Assembly (NCBI GenBank): GCA_963765495.1
Contig: CAVXWP010000007.1
Coordinates: 448,001 to 512,000, forward strand
Length of the DNA stretch: 64,000 bases
Source of the DNA: Blastocatellia bacterium
Lineage (GTDB): Bacteria; Acidobacteriota; Blastocatellia; UBA7656
Direction of reading: 5' to 3'
This document shows positions 9,054 to 20,226 of this stretch, in pieces; the first letter of the stretch is position 1; the number at the start of each line of letters is the position of its first letter. The notes below the pieces were generated by a model. That model had not been told where the DNA came from. It searched no databases and was given only the letters and a program-made list of their open reading frames with translations. The translations under genes and the position numbers were made by a program.

Positions 9054-11592
9054 TCAATCAAGCGTGGCGACCCGCCCTCTTGCAAGCTCTCTGACTGCGG
9101 CGAACAATCTGTCGGGGTCAATGGGTTTTGGAATGTGAGCGTCAAAGCCTGCGGCAACCGCGCGTTCGCGGTCTTCGTCTGATGCCAGGCCGCTTGTGGC
9201 GATCAGGGGTATCTCTTTTGCGCGTGAGTCCTTGCGGATGCGGCGCGCAAACTCGTACCCATCAATCCCGGGCATAGATATATCGGAGATTATGACGTCC
9301 GGGTGTTCGGCAACCGCTTTCTCAAGCGCCTCCTCCGCGCCGTAAGCGCCAGTCACTCGCATGCCCTGCTCCTCGCATAACACGCGCATCATCTCAATCG
9401 TGTCGAGATCGTCTTCTATTATCAGGAGCCGCAGCCCCGCAATCGAGGTCGCATCTTCTCCTTCTCCTTCGGCAAGCGGGTCTTCGCCGCTTTCGACATC
9501 ATCCGTCACGGCAAGCGGTATTTCGATTATGAACGAAGCGCCCCGGCCCGGCCCCTCCGATTCCGCTGTTATCCGGCCTCCGTGCATCTCTACAAGCGAA
9601 TGCACTATCGAAAGCCCGAGCCCGAGTCCGCCGTGGCGGCGACCGGTAGAGCTGTCGGCCTGACGGAATCTCTCGAAGATATGCGGCAAAAAGTCCACCG
9701 AAATGCCTATCCCGGTATCGGTTACGATGAGCCGCGCCGTGTCGTCTGTGTGATCGGTCGAGATGATTACGCGCCCCTGGTCGTCGGTGAATTTGATTGC
9801 GTTGATCAGCAGATTGCTTATGATCTGCTGTAGCCGTTTGGGATCGGCTGAAATCATGACCTTATCGGAACTCAGGGTAGTTTCTATCCCGATGCCCCGG
9901 CTTGCCGCCTCGCTTCTGAGGTTCTCTATCGTAGCCTCGACGACCATGTTCAAATCCGTAAGCTGCAAATAGAGCGCAAGCTTGCCCGATTCGATGCGCG
10001 ACATGTCGAGCAGATCATTTACAAGCTGGGTCTGAAACTTTGCGTTCCGCTCGATTACGCGGATTGCCTGCTCGCGGGTCGCGTGATCGTCGGGCGAGAA
10101 GTTTGCCGAGCAGATGTGCCCAGCCGAGGATCGGTGTCAGCGGCGTTCGCAACTCGTGCGAGAGAGTGGAAAGGAACTGATCCTTGATCCGGCTGGCCCG
10201 TTCGAGTGCGTGACGGCCTTCTACGGCATCTTTGTAAAGCCGCGCATTCTGTATGGCCGAGGCCGCCTGATTGGCGATGATCGAAAGCAACGGTACATCT
10301 TCGTCGGTGTATGCGCCTTCGCGTATGCTTTGCGCCTGAATTACGCCTATCACACGCTCCTGCACGATCATCGGAACATAGAGTATCGCCAGAGGGTTCT
10401 CTTCGCTCTCTCCCACATAACGAAATGTGCCCGGGCTGTGCGTCCTTATATTGTCAACGATGATCGGTCTGGCCGTGCGAATGCACTCGCTCTGCGGTCC
10501 CGCGCCAAGCCTTATAGGCTCGAAACAATCGGGCGGATATATCTGGCCGTCGGAGTAGCCGAACGCGCATTTTATGGTTTCAGTCTCAGCCTCATAGAGC
10601 GAAATAAGCAAGGCGTCGCACTCAATCAGGTCGCTCAACCGCTCGTGAACGGCCAGGTATATGCTTTCGAGATCGAGCCTTGAAGCCAGAGCCTGAACTA
10701 TTTCGTTTACCAGCGTGAGCCGTTCGCGCTGCTTGTCGAGGTCGCCGAATAGCCGGGCGTTTTCGATGGCAGTCGCCACCTGCTTGCCTATGGTCTCGAT
10801 GAGCGCCCTGTCGTCCGCGCCAAATTGCCGCTGTTTGCTCATCGTAAGCGAAATGGCTCCCACAAGCCTGTCGTGCGCAAACAGCGGGACGATTACGGCC
10901 ATATCCGCGCCGATTGTGCGGAGGTTCTCAAGCGATTGGGGCGATGTCTGATTCTCCTGACCAGCTATGACAATCGAACGACTGCGAACGGCTTCCGCAA
11001 GCGATAGCGGGGACGATTCCCACGAGAGTTTCGGATAATTCTCAACCAGCGCGGCATACTCTTTGTGGTCATAAAAAGCGGGTCTGAGGCTTTGTCCGTT
11101 TTCATCGGCCAGCCATATCGCTACGCCGTCGGTCGCAAAGAGTGAGGCGAGGCTTTCAGCCACGGTATTTAGCACCTCGTCGAGATCGAGTATGCTTGTA
11201 GTAGCCGCCGCCACCGAATGGACAAGCGCGAGTCGCCGCCGCTCGGTCTCCGCGCGTTCAAGGTTCTCGCGTTCGCGCCTGTTTGCCTTCATCTGATTGA
11301 AGACAAGCGAGGCCGTCGTCACCTGAGCCACAAGTGAGATCAATTCATTTGAGCCGATAAGCGGGCGGTTGCCCGCCTCGGCGCTCAACAGGTAATCGAG
11401 AATGCTCGAACAGATGCAAACGACCGTTACCGTGATGAGGTCGCGCACCGAACCGAGCCTGATCGAGAGCATGATGGGCACGACAAAAAGCGCCGATGCC
11501 AGGACGCCCGAGGGCAGCATACGGTCGAACGCGAAGATCGCGACTATCAGGAGCGCTATCACTGCAAGCGTTTTTCCTCGTACTGGTCTCAT
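9054..11592 (-). pseudogene. membrane GAF-GAF hybrid histidine kinase/receiver, split by a +1 frameshift near 10100 (pseudogene or assembly indel)
   Basis: The upstream ORF has TM helices, two GAF domains and the H-box LSHELRTPLTPILGW. Removing one base after AAA-CTT restores SPDDHATREQAIRVIERNAKFQTQLVNDLLDMSR, in frame with the HATPase_c + REC ORF 9054-10004. Confidence 0.85.
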
Positions 11593-11679
11593 CTATATTA
11601 TCCGGGCCGGGTAGTCGCGCAAGCGAAGGGAGGCAGTTGCGCCGGGGAGTGAAGACTAGCCTTTGAGAATGATCTCCCG

Positions 11680-14184
11680 CTAGGTGCGCGAGGTCAAGAA
11701 CAAATAGAGCCCTCCCGTTCCAAAAAGCATATTCGGCCCCCAGGCGGCAAGCAGAGGCGGCAGCATCTCGTAACGGCCCATCTGCTCGAACAACCCTGAA
11801 AGCCCCCAGTAAGCAAGACCTATGGCTATGCCTATCGTCACGCCGTAGAGCGCGCCGCGCTTGCCTACCGAAAAAGAGAAGGGAAGACCTACGATAACCA
11901 TGATCAGGCAGGTCAGGGGGAAGGCTACCTTGCTTTGAAGCGCGATCTTGAGATCGAGCACGTCAAAGCCCGCGCGCGATAAATCCGCAATCCTTCGGCG
12001 CAAATCAAGCAGCGTCATCGAGGAGGATCCTCGGACATCCTTCTTGAAATACTCTGGGCGCTCGCCGAGCGACAAACGGCGCTCTTTGAATGTCTCATAC
12101 GCAACCAGCCGCTCGCCCTCGAACTTTCGTTCCCACCCGTTCTCAAGCACCCATACCTGCGCGTCGTTGTCCCAGACGGCGCGGCGGGCATAGAGGCGGC
12201 TCTTTATTCCGAACGGGTCTTTGGCCAGGTCGAGCACGTTCAATCGGGCGAATGTGTCATTGGTCGCGTTGAAATAAGCGTAGTTGTATATCCGCGAATC
12301 CGAGCCGAAAATCCACTGATTCGTAGTTTGATAAAACGTCTGTGGCGGCTCTTGCCCGCTTCGAATCAGGTGGCGCAGGTTGTTTTGCCGGCTGTTGGTA
12401 AACGGCATTATGTAATCCTGATTGATAAAGACAAGCCCCGAAAGCAGCAGGGAAGCAACAACGGCCGGTGCAGCCATGCGATAGATTGACTGGCCGGAAG
12501 CCTTGAGCGCGATCACCTGACTGGTCTTTTGAAGTATCCCGAATGTGATCATTACCGCAACTAACGCCGCAAGCGGCGTCATATAATTGAGCACCATCGG
12601 CATTAAAAACAGCAGATAATTTGCCACGACTATCCACTCGATGTTGTTTCGAGTGATGGAATTGAGCAGTTGGAAGAGCGTAATGATGATGAAGAGGATC
12701 GAAAAGCCGCCGAGTATGAAGAAGAAGAAACGCGCCAGATCGGAAAGCACAAGCCTGTCGAGCAACTGGGGCAGGTGATACCTGCGGCGCGCCTGCAAAG
12801 CCATCAACGCGCCGGTAGAGCCGGGACGCAATCCGTTCACCGTCTCCTCGCGATTCTTTTCCTGATCTGTAATCGCGCCCTGTTCTCTTGTCGTCTTTTC
12901 TGCCGGACGCCACGCGTGGCGCAGGCTCGTGAGAATGCTCAGGGCATCAGAGCCGGGGCGGCGCTGAATAAAGAGTATCAAAAATCCGATGGCTGAAAGC
13001 ACTATATTGGCCAGCCACATCCCAAACCACACGGGCAGCTTGCCGCTTACGGCGGCGTGCTGTCCGCTCAGAGCCAGCAGATAATAAATGATCGTTATGG
13101 CGAGCCCTAAAAGCAATCCGAATGAACGGCCCGTGCGAACATTTGTGATGCCGAACCCGACTCCGAGAAGTGCAAAGACCAGACAGGCAGCCGGAAGCGC
13201 AAGCCTCTTATGCACCTCGGCGAGCCAGTCTCGATATTCGTCGTCGGGCGCGGAGTAGGCGACAAGCTGGCTCCAGGGCATCTCTTCGATCTTGCGCTCG
13301 TCTTCGTCCAGACTTATCGCTTCATCTTTTTTCTCTTCGGAGACCTCAAGGCCGAGCGTCATCTCCCCGAAATTACCGGCCGTATAAGTCTGCTGGTTAT
13401 GGCCCTTCTTCTTCTCTTTATCGGGCGACTTCTGCTGCTCCTGATCGCCTTCATCCGAATCCGCATCTGATGCAGATTGTTCCTGAACCGTAGCAGTTAT
13501 CTGTCTGACTTTGCTTATCTGGTGCATGGTCCCCATTTCAAGATGAAGCTCAGGCATCTCGGACCGTTCGCCCTGACGAAGCGATCCCGTAGTAGCGGTA
13601 AATATCCTCATATCGGCGGGGTCTTCGCCAAGGTCCACCAGAAAGATGTTGTGCCAGAGGTTTTGAGCACGGTCTATATCCTCGATATAGAGCACTTTTT
13701 TTGGAAGCCCTTCCTCAAAGACTCGCGGTTTGATCTGCGTGTTGAGACCCTGAAAGATAAGCGCCTGATTTGATTTCAGATCGCTCAGATTGTGGATAGA
13801 ATCGGGCAGCAGGTTAAAAGTTATATAAAGCATAAGCGAGGCGATAAGGGCTGCCAGCGCCACGACAGGCACGAGCAGCCTCCCCCGGCTTATTCCGCTT
13901 GCTCCGAGGACCACCAGTTCGCTGTCGCCTGAAAGCCTGCCAAGCCCCACAAGTATGCCTATCAAAAGCGAGATCGGCAGAGTGAAAACAAGTATTCCGG
14001 GCACGAGCGCCGCAAGCACGCGATAGAGCGCCTCCATAGGCAGCCCGTTGCGGCTTGCTACAACGAGGAGTTCTGAAAATCTGCTGGCATCATGGGCAAA
14101 AATAATCGCCGTCAAAAGCAACAGAGCGAGCAATATATAAGGGACTATCTCCCTGAGTAGATAGCGGTCAATCAGGCGGACCAT
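11680..14184 (-). CDS. fused LptF/LptG LPS export ABC permease
   Basis: Two tandem YjgP/YjgQ-type modules (RLIDRYLLRE ... GRLSGDSEL; LLDRLVLSD ... LAAWGPN). Confidence 0.88.
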   Translation of the reverse strand: MVRLIDRYLLREIVPYILLALLLLTAIIFAHDASRFSELLVVASRNGLPMEALYRVLAALVPGILVFTLPISLLIGILVGLGRLSGDSELVVLGASGISRGRLLVPVVALAALIASLMLYITFNLLPDSIHNLSDLKSNQALIFQGLNTQIKPRVFEEGLPKKVLYIEDIDRAQNLWHNIFLVDLGEDPADMRIFTATTGSLRQGERSEMPELHLEMGTMHQISKVRQITATVQEQSASDADSDEGDQEQQKSPDKEKKKGHNQQTYTAGNFGEMTLGLEVSEEKKDEAISLDEDERKIEEMPWSQLVAYSAPDDEYRDWLAEVHKRLALPAACLVFALLGVGFGITNVRTGRSFGLLLGLAITIIYYLLALSGQHAAVSGKLPVWFGMWLANIVLSAIGFLILFIQRRPGSDALSILTSLRHAWRPAEKTTREQGAITDQEKNREETVNGLRPGSTGALMALQARRRYHLPQLLDRLVLSDLARFFFFILGGFSILFIIITLFQLLNSITRNNIEWIVVANYLLFLMPMVLNYMTPLAALVAVMITFGILQKTSQVIALKASGQSIYRMAAPAVVASLLLSGLVFINQDYIMPFTNSRQNNLRHLIRSGQEPPQTFYQTTNQWIFGSDSRIYNYAYFNATNDTFARLNVLDLAKDPFGIKSRLYARRAVWDNDAQVWVLENGWERKFEGERLVAYETFKERRLSLGERPEYFKKDVRGSSSMTLLDLRRRIADLSRAGFDVLDLKIALQSKVAFPLTCLIMVIVGLPFSFSVGKRGALYGVTIGIAIGLAYWGLSGLFEQMGRYEMLPPLLAAWGPNMLFGTGGLYLFLTSRT

Positions 14185-14191
14185 CAAAGTG

Positions 14192-14200
14192 AGTCTAGCA
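14192..14200 (-). promoter_or_regulatory. extended -10 promoter, probable leaderless start of lptFG
   Basis: TG-C-TAGACT followed by 7 nt then ATG (14184); no SD. Confidence 0.5.
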
Positions 14201-14226
14201 CGTTCAGAAACCGAGCATCAAGATTT

Positions 14227-14362
14227 GTGATAAGTGATCGGTGAAGAGTGATGCGTAATGCGTGACACGTGAAGTGCGATCCGTGATTTTCGAATAGGTC
14301 GCCCGTTAAAAAGCACCTGCAAGTCTGGTAAATCACGTATCACGCATCACTCTTCACCGATC
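14227..14362. repeat. TGATGCG/CGCATCA heptamer palindromic repeat
   Basis: 21-bp perfect inverted arms gatcggtgaagagtgatgcgt / acgcatcactcttcaccgatc. Confidence 0.8.
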
Positions 14363-17122
14363 GGCGAGAGCCGCGTCGCATAAGGCGATCTGCCGCTTTA
14401 TCTCTATTATTTCATTATCACCCGTGCCGAGAGCCGTGAGCACATCCAGGCTCTTTTGAAACCAGACGCGGGCCTCGCGCCAGTGCTCGATTTGTTTGGC
14501 TGCTGCAAACCTTGTCTCTGTGGCAAGCCTCGCGTGTCCTTTGCCAAGGGTGGCATAAGAGGAGGCCAACGCCGCGCGAGTCTCTGCGTTGGAAGGGTCG
14601 GCATTTGAAAGGGCCTCGAAGGACTGGCGGGCTCTTCCCATGTACTCAAACCCCTTCTGGGTGTCGCTCGCTCTGACCAGTACGAGACCCATTTTTGAGA
14701 AGGTGTCGGCGAGCTTGCTGCTCACTTCCGTGTTGTCGGGGTTTTCTGTCGTAAGGGCTTCAAGAATGCCGAGCGCCTTATTGTAATTCTCAAGCGATTC
14801 TTTGAGTCTGGCCGATTTATCGAAGATGTCGGCCAGGTTGCCGTAGCTGTAGGCGAGATCAAGCCGCGCATCGGCGTTTGAAGGATCGGCTTCGGCAAGC
14901 TCTACGTCAATGGCCAGGGCTTTGTGTTGAGAATCGAGCGCGCCCGTCATATCGCCCGTACCCGATAGCGCGTCTGCTATCTTCTCAAAACTCGTGGCCA
15001 GATCGCGCCGGGCTTCGCGGTTGGTAGGGTCTTGTTTTGTAAGCGCGTCTCGGATGGCAAAAGCCTTGCGATAATTTTCAAGCGCCCCCGCGAAATCGCC
15101 GGTTTCCTGGAGTCTTCCGCCGATCTTGTTTTGAAAGACCGACAGATCGCGGCTGAATTGCGCATTGGCCGGATCGGTGCTCGACAGGGATTCGGCTATG
15201 GTTTCACCCTTGCGGTATACCGCGAGCGCCTCCGCGCCCGCGCCCGTGATTTCGAGCATCTCGCCGTTTTTCAGATAGCTGATCAAAAGCGTGCGACGGG
15301 CCTGTATGTTTTCGGGATCGGCTGCGGCAAGCGCCTCCGACAATTCCATAGACTTGTGATGGTTGGCGAGCGCGCCTACGGTATCCCCGGTCGCAGAAAG
15401 CAGGTCGCCCAGTCGTTCGTAGGCTATCAGCAAATCTCTGCGAAGCTCGGGATTTGTCGAGTCGTTTTTTACCAGCGCCTGGTTGATTGCAAGCGCCTTT
15501 TCGTAACTCGTTCTCGCGCCGCTTATATCGCCGAGATTCGCGTCATACGGATACCCCTGAACATCGCCGACTTTTAGATAAGCCTTTGCCAGTTCCCTCT
15601 GAAGCGACGGATCGGTTGATGATTCCTCGGCGAGGCTGTCGAGATATTCGAGCGCCCTCTTTACAAGCAGTTCCCGCACGCTTGTAGAGCCGGGAAGCTT
15701 CTCTATCCCGTCGTGAATCTCGAACATGAAGGAGTTGGCAAGTTTGCGAACATCGTTAAAACGACGTTCGGCTTTCATTCGCTCGGCCCTGGCTCTGTAG
15801 GCCTGCCACGTAGTGGTTGCAATCCCGCCGACGAGCGTCAGAAGTATCAGCGCGGCGGCCACAACGGCGGCTCTATGACGCTTGAGGAATTTTGCCGCCA
15901 GATAAGGAACCGTCTCTTTCGACGCTCTGACGGGCAGGCCTTCCAGATGTCGCTCGATGTCTTCGGAAAGCTGTTCGGCCGAACTGTAGCGCCGTTCCGG
16001 CTCTTTGCGCATGGCCATCAGGACTATGTTATCGAGATCGCCTCTCAATCGGCGGCGCAGCTTATCCACATGCGGAGCATTTGTTTTGTCGGTAGTTACG
16101 ACCGCGTCGTGGCTGGTGCTGCTGGTGCCGGGGGGGTGCGCAATGCGTGTGACGGCGGTGCTCGGCTTATCGGGGTCCTGCTCGCAAATGAGCCGGTATA
16201 TCTCCTGCGGCGCGTAGTTCGTGATGCGATAAGGCCGCTGGCCGGTCAGCAATTCGTAGAGCAGGACTCCGAGCGAATAGATGTCGCTCGCCGTAGTGAT
16301 CGTCTCGCTTCTGACCTGTTCCGGGCTGGCATATTGAGGTGTCATTACCTGCCCGGCGGTTTCGGGCGCAAGCGTCTGAAAGTACAACTCCGGCTTTAAC
16401 AGTTTGGCTATCCCGAAATCTAGCAGCTTAACAGTGCCGTCGTTTGTGACCAGAATATTGCTTGGCTTTATGTCACGATGGACCACGAGGTTTTGATGAG
16501 CGTACTGCACGGCGGAGCAGACCTTGCGAAAGAGCTTCAGCCGCTCGTTTATAGTCAGGTCATTCGAGCGCGAATATTCGGTGATCGTCCGGCCTTCGAT
16601 GTACTCCATTACATAATAGGGCCGTCCGTCGGCTGTAGCGCCTCCGTCAAACAGCCTGGCTATGTGCGGATGATCGAGCGAGGCAAGTATCTGCCGTTCG
16701 TAACGGAAACGCCTTATAATGTCGTCAGTGTCCATGCCCCGCTTGAGAAGTTTGATCGCTACACGCTTTTGATACTGGTCGTCGTCGCGGACTGCGAGAT
16801 AGACCGTTCCCATGCCGCCCTGCCCGATCACTCTGACAAGCTTGTAAGGACCTATATAAGCTTCTGTTTTTAAGCCTGAGCGGTAATTTGAGGGCAGTTC
16901 GAAAGCCGTATCTCCTGCAAACAGTTCTATAGTGGGATCGGAATCCAAACCCGAATCGTGGATTTCGGTTTGTGCCTCGGGGGCGACCACGGTTTCAGCC
17001 TCACAGATTGCAGCCGAATCATCCAAACGGATTTTCTCAGGCGCATCCGTAGGCAGACGGGGCTCAAATGTGCGGCCCGTCTTAAATGTTCCCTCTATCT
17101 CTTCCCTGTTTTTGTCCGCCAT
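14354..17122 (-). CDS. Hanks-type Ser/Thr protein kinase with TM helix and C-terminal TPR repeats
   Basis: IGQGGMGTVY, VAIK, HRDIKPSN, DFG, YASPE; TM AAVVAAALILLTLVGG; repeated 'DP.N..RRDLA' TPRs. Confidence 0.93.
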   Translation of the reverse strand: MADKNREEIEGTFKTGRTFEPRLPTDAPEKIRLDDSAAICEAETVVAPEAQTEIHDSGLDSDPTIELFAGDTAFELPSNYRSGLKTEAYIGPYKLVRVIGQGGMGTVYLAVRDDDQYQKRVAIKLLKRGMDTDDIIRRFRYERQILASLDHPHIARLFDGGATADGRPYYVMEYIEGRTITEYSRSNDLTINERLKLFRKVCSAVQYAHQNLVVHRDIKPSNILVTNDGTVKLLDFGIAKLLKPELYFQTLAPETAGQVMTPQYASPEQVRSETITTASDIYSLGVLLYELLTGQRPYRITNYAPQEIYRLICEQDPDKPSTAVTRIAHPPGTSSTSHDAVVTTDKTNAPHVDKLRRRLRGDLDNIVLMAMRKEPERRYSSAEQLSEDIERHLEGLPVRASKETVPYLAAKFLKRHRAAVVAAALILLTLVGGIATTTWQAYRARAERMKAERRFNDVRKLANSFMFEIHDGIEKLPGSTSVRELLVKRALEYLDSLAEESSTDPSLQRELAKAYLKVGDVQGYPYDANLGDISGARTSYEKALAINQALVKNDSTNPELRRDLLIAYERLGDLLSATGDTVGALANHHKSMELSEALAAADPENIQARRTLLISYLKNGEMLEITGAGAEALAVYRKGETIAESLSSTDPANAQFSRDLSVFQNKIGGRLQETGDFAGALENYRKAFAIRDALTKQDPTNREARRDLATSFEKIADALSGTGDMTGALDSQHKALAIDVELAEADPSNADARLDLAYSYGNLADIFDKSARLKESLENYNKALGILEALTTENPDNTEVSSKLADTFSKMGLVLVRASDTQKGFEYMGRARQSFEALSNADPSNAETRAALASSYATLGKGHARLATETRFAAAKQIEHWREARVWFQKSLDVLTALGTGDNEIIEIKRQIALCDAALADR

Positions 17123-17332
17123 ACATCCTTAAATCAAACCGCGTGAACCTGGGGCCAGGATATTCAGTTCCGACAATTGAAATGATAAGTGTGGCGGGCA
17201 TCCAACATCAAGTATTTACTATGAGAGCAAATATCGAGATCGCTGATTGACGAATTATTTTGTAGACTCGGTCATCTGAGTTGTCAAATCTCATACCTGA
17301 AATCTCAACTGAGGCAAATCTGTTGAGCCATA

Positions 17333-17382
17333 GAAAAAAGGCCGATGCGACGGCTCAGAAATGAACCGCAACGCATCAGCCT
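17333..17382 (-). terminator. probable intrinsic terminator
   Basis: aaggccgatgcg...cgcatcagcctt hairpin with an A-run (U-tract on the minus strand) downstream of the small gene 17429-17578. Confidence 0.55.
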
Positions 17383-17428
17383 TCTGTTAAGGCAGTCCTT
17401 GTTAGACCAATATCTTTGATTGGTCTTA

Positions 17429-17578
17429 TTAAACCACGGTTCTGCGTCCGCCTATAAGGTTGAATATCAGCACGATGGCCGCTACTACGAGCAGCAGGTG
17501 AATCAAGCTGCCCCCGATGTGGCCAATCAACCCGAGCAACCACAACACCAAAAGAATTACAAAAATTGTCCAAAGCAT
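17429..17578 (-). CDS. small hydrophobic membrane protein, lmo0937-like family (49 aa, not in ORF track)
   Basis: Manual translation MLWTIFVILLVLWLLGLIGHIGGSLIHLLLVVAAIVLIFNLIGGRRTVV; GGAGG RBS. Confidence 0.88.
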   Translation of the reverse strand: MLWTIFVILLVLWLLGLIGHIGGSLIHLLLVVAAIVLIFNLIGGRRTVV

Positions 17579-17875
17579 AGTTTCCCTCCATTCCTAGAAC
17601 TTAATTATTTTGCCCCGCGTCAAACGCCTAAAGATGCTCAACGCATAACCCCTTTCGCATAACTTACGCCTGTTAAATAGCAATGATCGTGCCACCCGAT
17701 GTTTGATCCTCTCTATTTACGGTTATCTCGCAATACCGACCCTTTTGCCCCTTTCATACTCGCCTAAACGGAGATAGGTCTATGAGAATCGTATAGCTTT
17801 CCTACAGAAGAACTGAATGGTGTGTATCAAATGTCGGAGCGGACCGGCGAGGGTGAATGGACCTGCTTATCGAGT

Positions 17876-18676
17876 TTAAGCGCGTTCAGAGGTGTGTGTA
17901 GAGACGGGCAGGAAGAGTTTTTCCTCTTCTGAATAGATAAAGACAGTCACCTTTATCTCTCGGTCGGAGACCTCGATCAGGTTGTAGGAATTTTTAAGGG
18001 CTTCCGCGCCTCTGCCTCGAAGGGAAGCGACTGTGCCCGCCTGTACCAGCAGCAGGCTTCGTGACAGGCGTGGATAGATGGACTTCAAATCCACGATATA
18101 GGATTGATGCAGATGGCCGGTCAGGACCATATCGACCCGGCATTCATCAAACAGGTTGAGCGCCCGCTCAAGCCCGCCCACGGTCTCCTCGTGTTCAAAG
18201 CCCGGCGGTTGAGCGAACGGATGATGCGCGACGATCACTTTGCAGACCGCTTCGGGCAAGGGGCAAAACCGCGCTCGCATTATACCGAGGCTGTTGCCGT
18301 CTACGCCGCCGCCTTTGATTGTAAAGCTGCGTGTAGTATCTATACCGAGAACGGCTATCTGATCGTCAAGATATGTCGGGTTGAGATCGGCAGTTATCCA
18401 TCGTTTGTATTTCTCAAGCGGCGAGGCAAATCGACGGACGACGTTCCACAACGGCACGTCATGATTGCCGGGGACGACAATCAGGGGAAGGTTTATGCGA
18501 TCAAGAAAGGCGCGCGCCTGGCGGAATTGCCAGGACCGCGCGCGCTGTGTCAGGTCGCCCGACAGTGCTACGACATCGGGTCTTTGCCGCTCTATTTCTG
18601 ACAGTAATGCTTCGGCGCGATTTGGGGCCTGTGGCCCGCCAAAGTGTATATCGGAAAAATGGAGAATTTTTTTCAT
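17876..18676 (-). CDS. metallophosphoesterase (Icc/CpdA-like)
   Basis: SDIHFG, SGDLT, PGNHD, HHP, GHLH motifs. Confidence 0.92.
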   Translation of the reverse strand: MKKILHFSDIHFGGPQAPNRAEALLSEIERQRPDVVALSGDLTQRARSWQFRQARAFLDRINLPLIVVPGNHDVPLWNVVRRFASPLEKYKRWITADLNPTYLDDQIAVLGIDTTRSFTIKGGGVDGNSLGIMRARFCPLPEAVCKVIVAHHPFAQPPGFEHEETVGGLERALNLFDECRVDMVLTGHLHQSYIVDLKSIYPRLSRSLLLVQAGTVASLRGRGAEALKNSYNLIEVSDREIKVTVFIYSEEEKLFLPVSTHTSERA

Positions 18677-18679
18677 ATC

Positions 18680-18775
18680 ATTTGCGATGCGGGATGCGTG
18701 ATACGTGAAATTAATATAGATATCGCAAATCAGGTATTTGCTCGGAAATCACGCATTACGCATCACCTATCACGG
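18680..18775. repeat. TGATGCG-family palindromic repeat
   Basis: gcgatgcgggatgcgtgatacgtga ... tcacgcattacgcatcacctatcac. Confidence 0.7.
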
Positions 18776-18776
18776 T

Positions 18777-19706
18777 TCATTTCTCAGGCGCGATTACGCG
18801 CAATCCGCCCGGCAAAACCGAGAAGCGGAGCGGGGTGGAAAGCCTGTACACCTCGCCATCCAATGCGACTTTTACGCGTCTGCTTCGTATCATCACTCTT
18901 AATTCAGTCGCGCAATGACTCTCAAAGCTGTCAGCCTCTTCGGGCTTGAATACGAGAGAGTGAAGCGCAATCTGCACGAGTCCGGCGCGGCCTTCATCCC
19001 GGAGCATGTAAATACCCAGCAAGCCCTCATCCAGTTGCTCGCGCCCGGTCAGGTTGCTCGGCTCAAGCCGGTATTTGTTATTGCTTATCAGCACCATCGG
19101 GCATCGTCTCTTTAGACGGTTGCCGTTGAATTCAGCCGTAATATTCAGATAAGGAAAACGCCTGAAGACCGCAAACGAGGCAACAACGACAGCAGGCCAT
19201 TTGCCTATACGAGACTGCCATACCTGCCGCAGTCGGAGCTGATCCGGGTAAAGCCCCAGGCTGGCATTGTTTATAAAACTGTGTCCGTTGACCTGTCCGA
19301 TGTCCACTCGCCGCGAATGGTCCGAACAAACGAGCGCGATTGCTTTATCCAGATCGAGCGGCACACCAAGATCGCGCGCAAAGTGGTTGAGCGTTCCAAG
19401 AGGAAGCACTCCGAGCGCCTCACTGCGCCCGGCCATTTCAGAGGCCACTGTGCTCAGCGTCCCGTCCCCGCCGCCCGCCGTGATCGTATCATAACCCTGC
19501 GCGAGCAAGGCGCGAACGGCCTTGCGTAAATCCCTGCCTCTCGCTTCGATGACGAGCGCCTCGGTTCCAAGGTCGGCGAAAGCGGCCGTTATCCTGTTCG
19601 AAATCCCGGACCCGATCCCCGAGCCTGCGGCGTTATTTGTGATGACGGCGATTTTTCTCATCCGGCTTACGAAAACATCCGATTTGATTTTATGCATAAA
19701 TTTCAC
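18777..19706 (-). CDS. diacylglycerol kinase family lipid kinase
   Basis: AGGGDGTL, LPLGTLNHFARDL, FINNASLG, ALDGE; start uncertain (may be ~19661). Confidence 0.88.
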   Translation of the reverse strand: MKFMHKIKSDVFVSRMRKIAVITNNAAGSGIGSGISNRITAAFADLGTEALVIEARGRDLRKAVRALLAQGYDTITAGGGDGTLSTVASEMAGRSEALGVLPLGTLNHFARDLGVPLDLDKAIALVCSDHSRRVDIGQVNGHSFINNASLGLYPDQLRLRQVWQSRIGKWPAVVVASFAVFRRFPYLNITAEFNGNRLKRRCPMVLISNNKYRLEPSNLTGREQLDEGLLGIYMLRDEGRAGLVQIALHSLVFKPEEADSFESHCATELRVMIRSRRVKVALDGEVYRLSTPLRFSVLPGGLRVIAPEK

Positions 19707-19934
19707 GGCAAATTGATTCTAGTAGAAATTAGCGTGCCGCTGTCTTCAGGTCGCTTTTCGAAAGGGTATTAATGGCCTCTCATTTTCGCTAACCTGTCTC
19801 AATGTTGAGACGGAAATGCGGAGTGTCGGGTTCTGATGAAATCTTCCCGCTCAGTTTGAGCTAAGACATGTGCATAACCGTTCAAGAACGAGTATTCTTG
19901 AATGTGACAGCACAGATTTGCGCGAGGGAAAGCA

Positions 19935-20168
19935 ATGGGAATACGCGACTGGTTTTATCACAGGCATTACTGGGGCATCCCGCACAAGCGCGAGGGTGAC
20001 GACCGCATGATCCAGATATGTTATGAGTGCGGAAAAGAGCGTGAATTCCGACTCGATCTGAGGCCAAGAAACGGCCCCGATCAGGGGTCATCGGAAGATG
20101 AGAACGGCGGCGAGCGAGATACTTATCGAGACGGCGGCGTGTTGAGCGCAAGGCGGCATGCATTCTGA
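19935..20168 (+). CDS. small hypothetical protein with His/Cys putative Zn-binding motif
   Basis: HRHYWGIPH ... ICYECGKER; GAGGG RBS. Confidence 0.6.
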   Translation: MGIRDWFYHRHYWGIPHKREGDDRMIQICYECGKEREFRLDLRPRNGPDQGSSEDENGGERDTYRDGGVLSARRHAF

Positions 20169-20226
20169 GAGGGTTGGTTGGATTGCAGGCCCCGACCTCA
20201 AAGAACGGAGCCTGCAATGTGAGCTT

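Noticed and set aside
17420-17662. 80-aa plus-strand ORF
   Set aside because: Antisense shadow of the real 49-aa lmo0937-like gene on the minus strand
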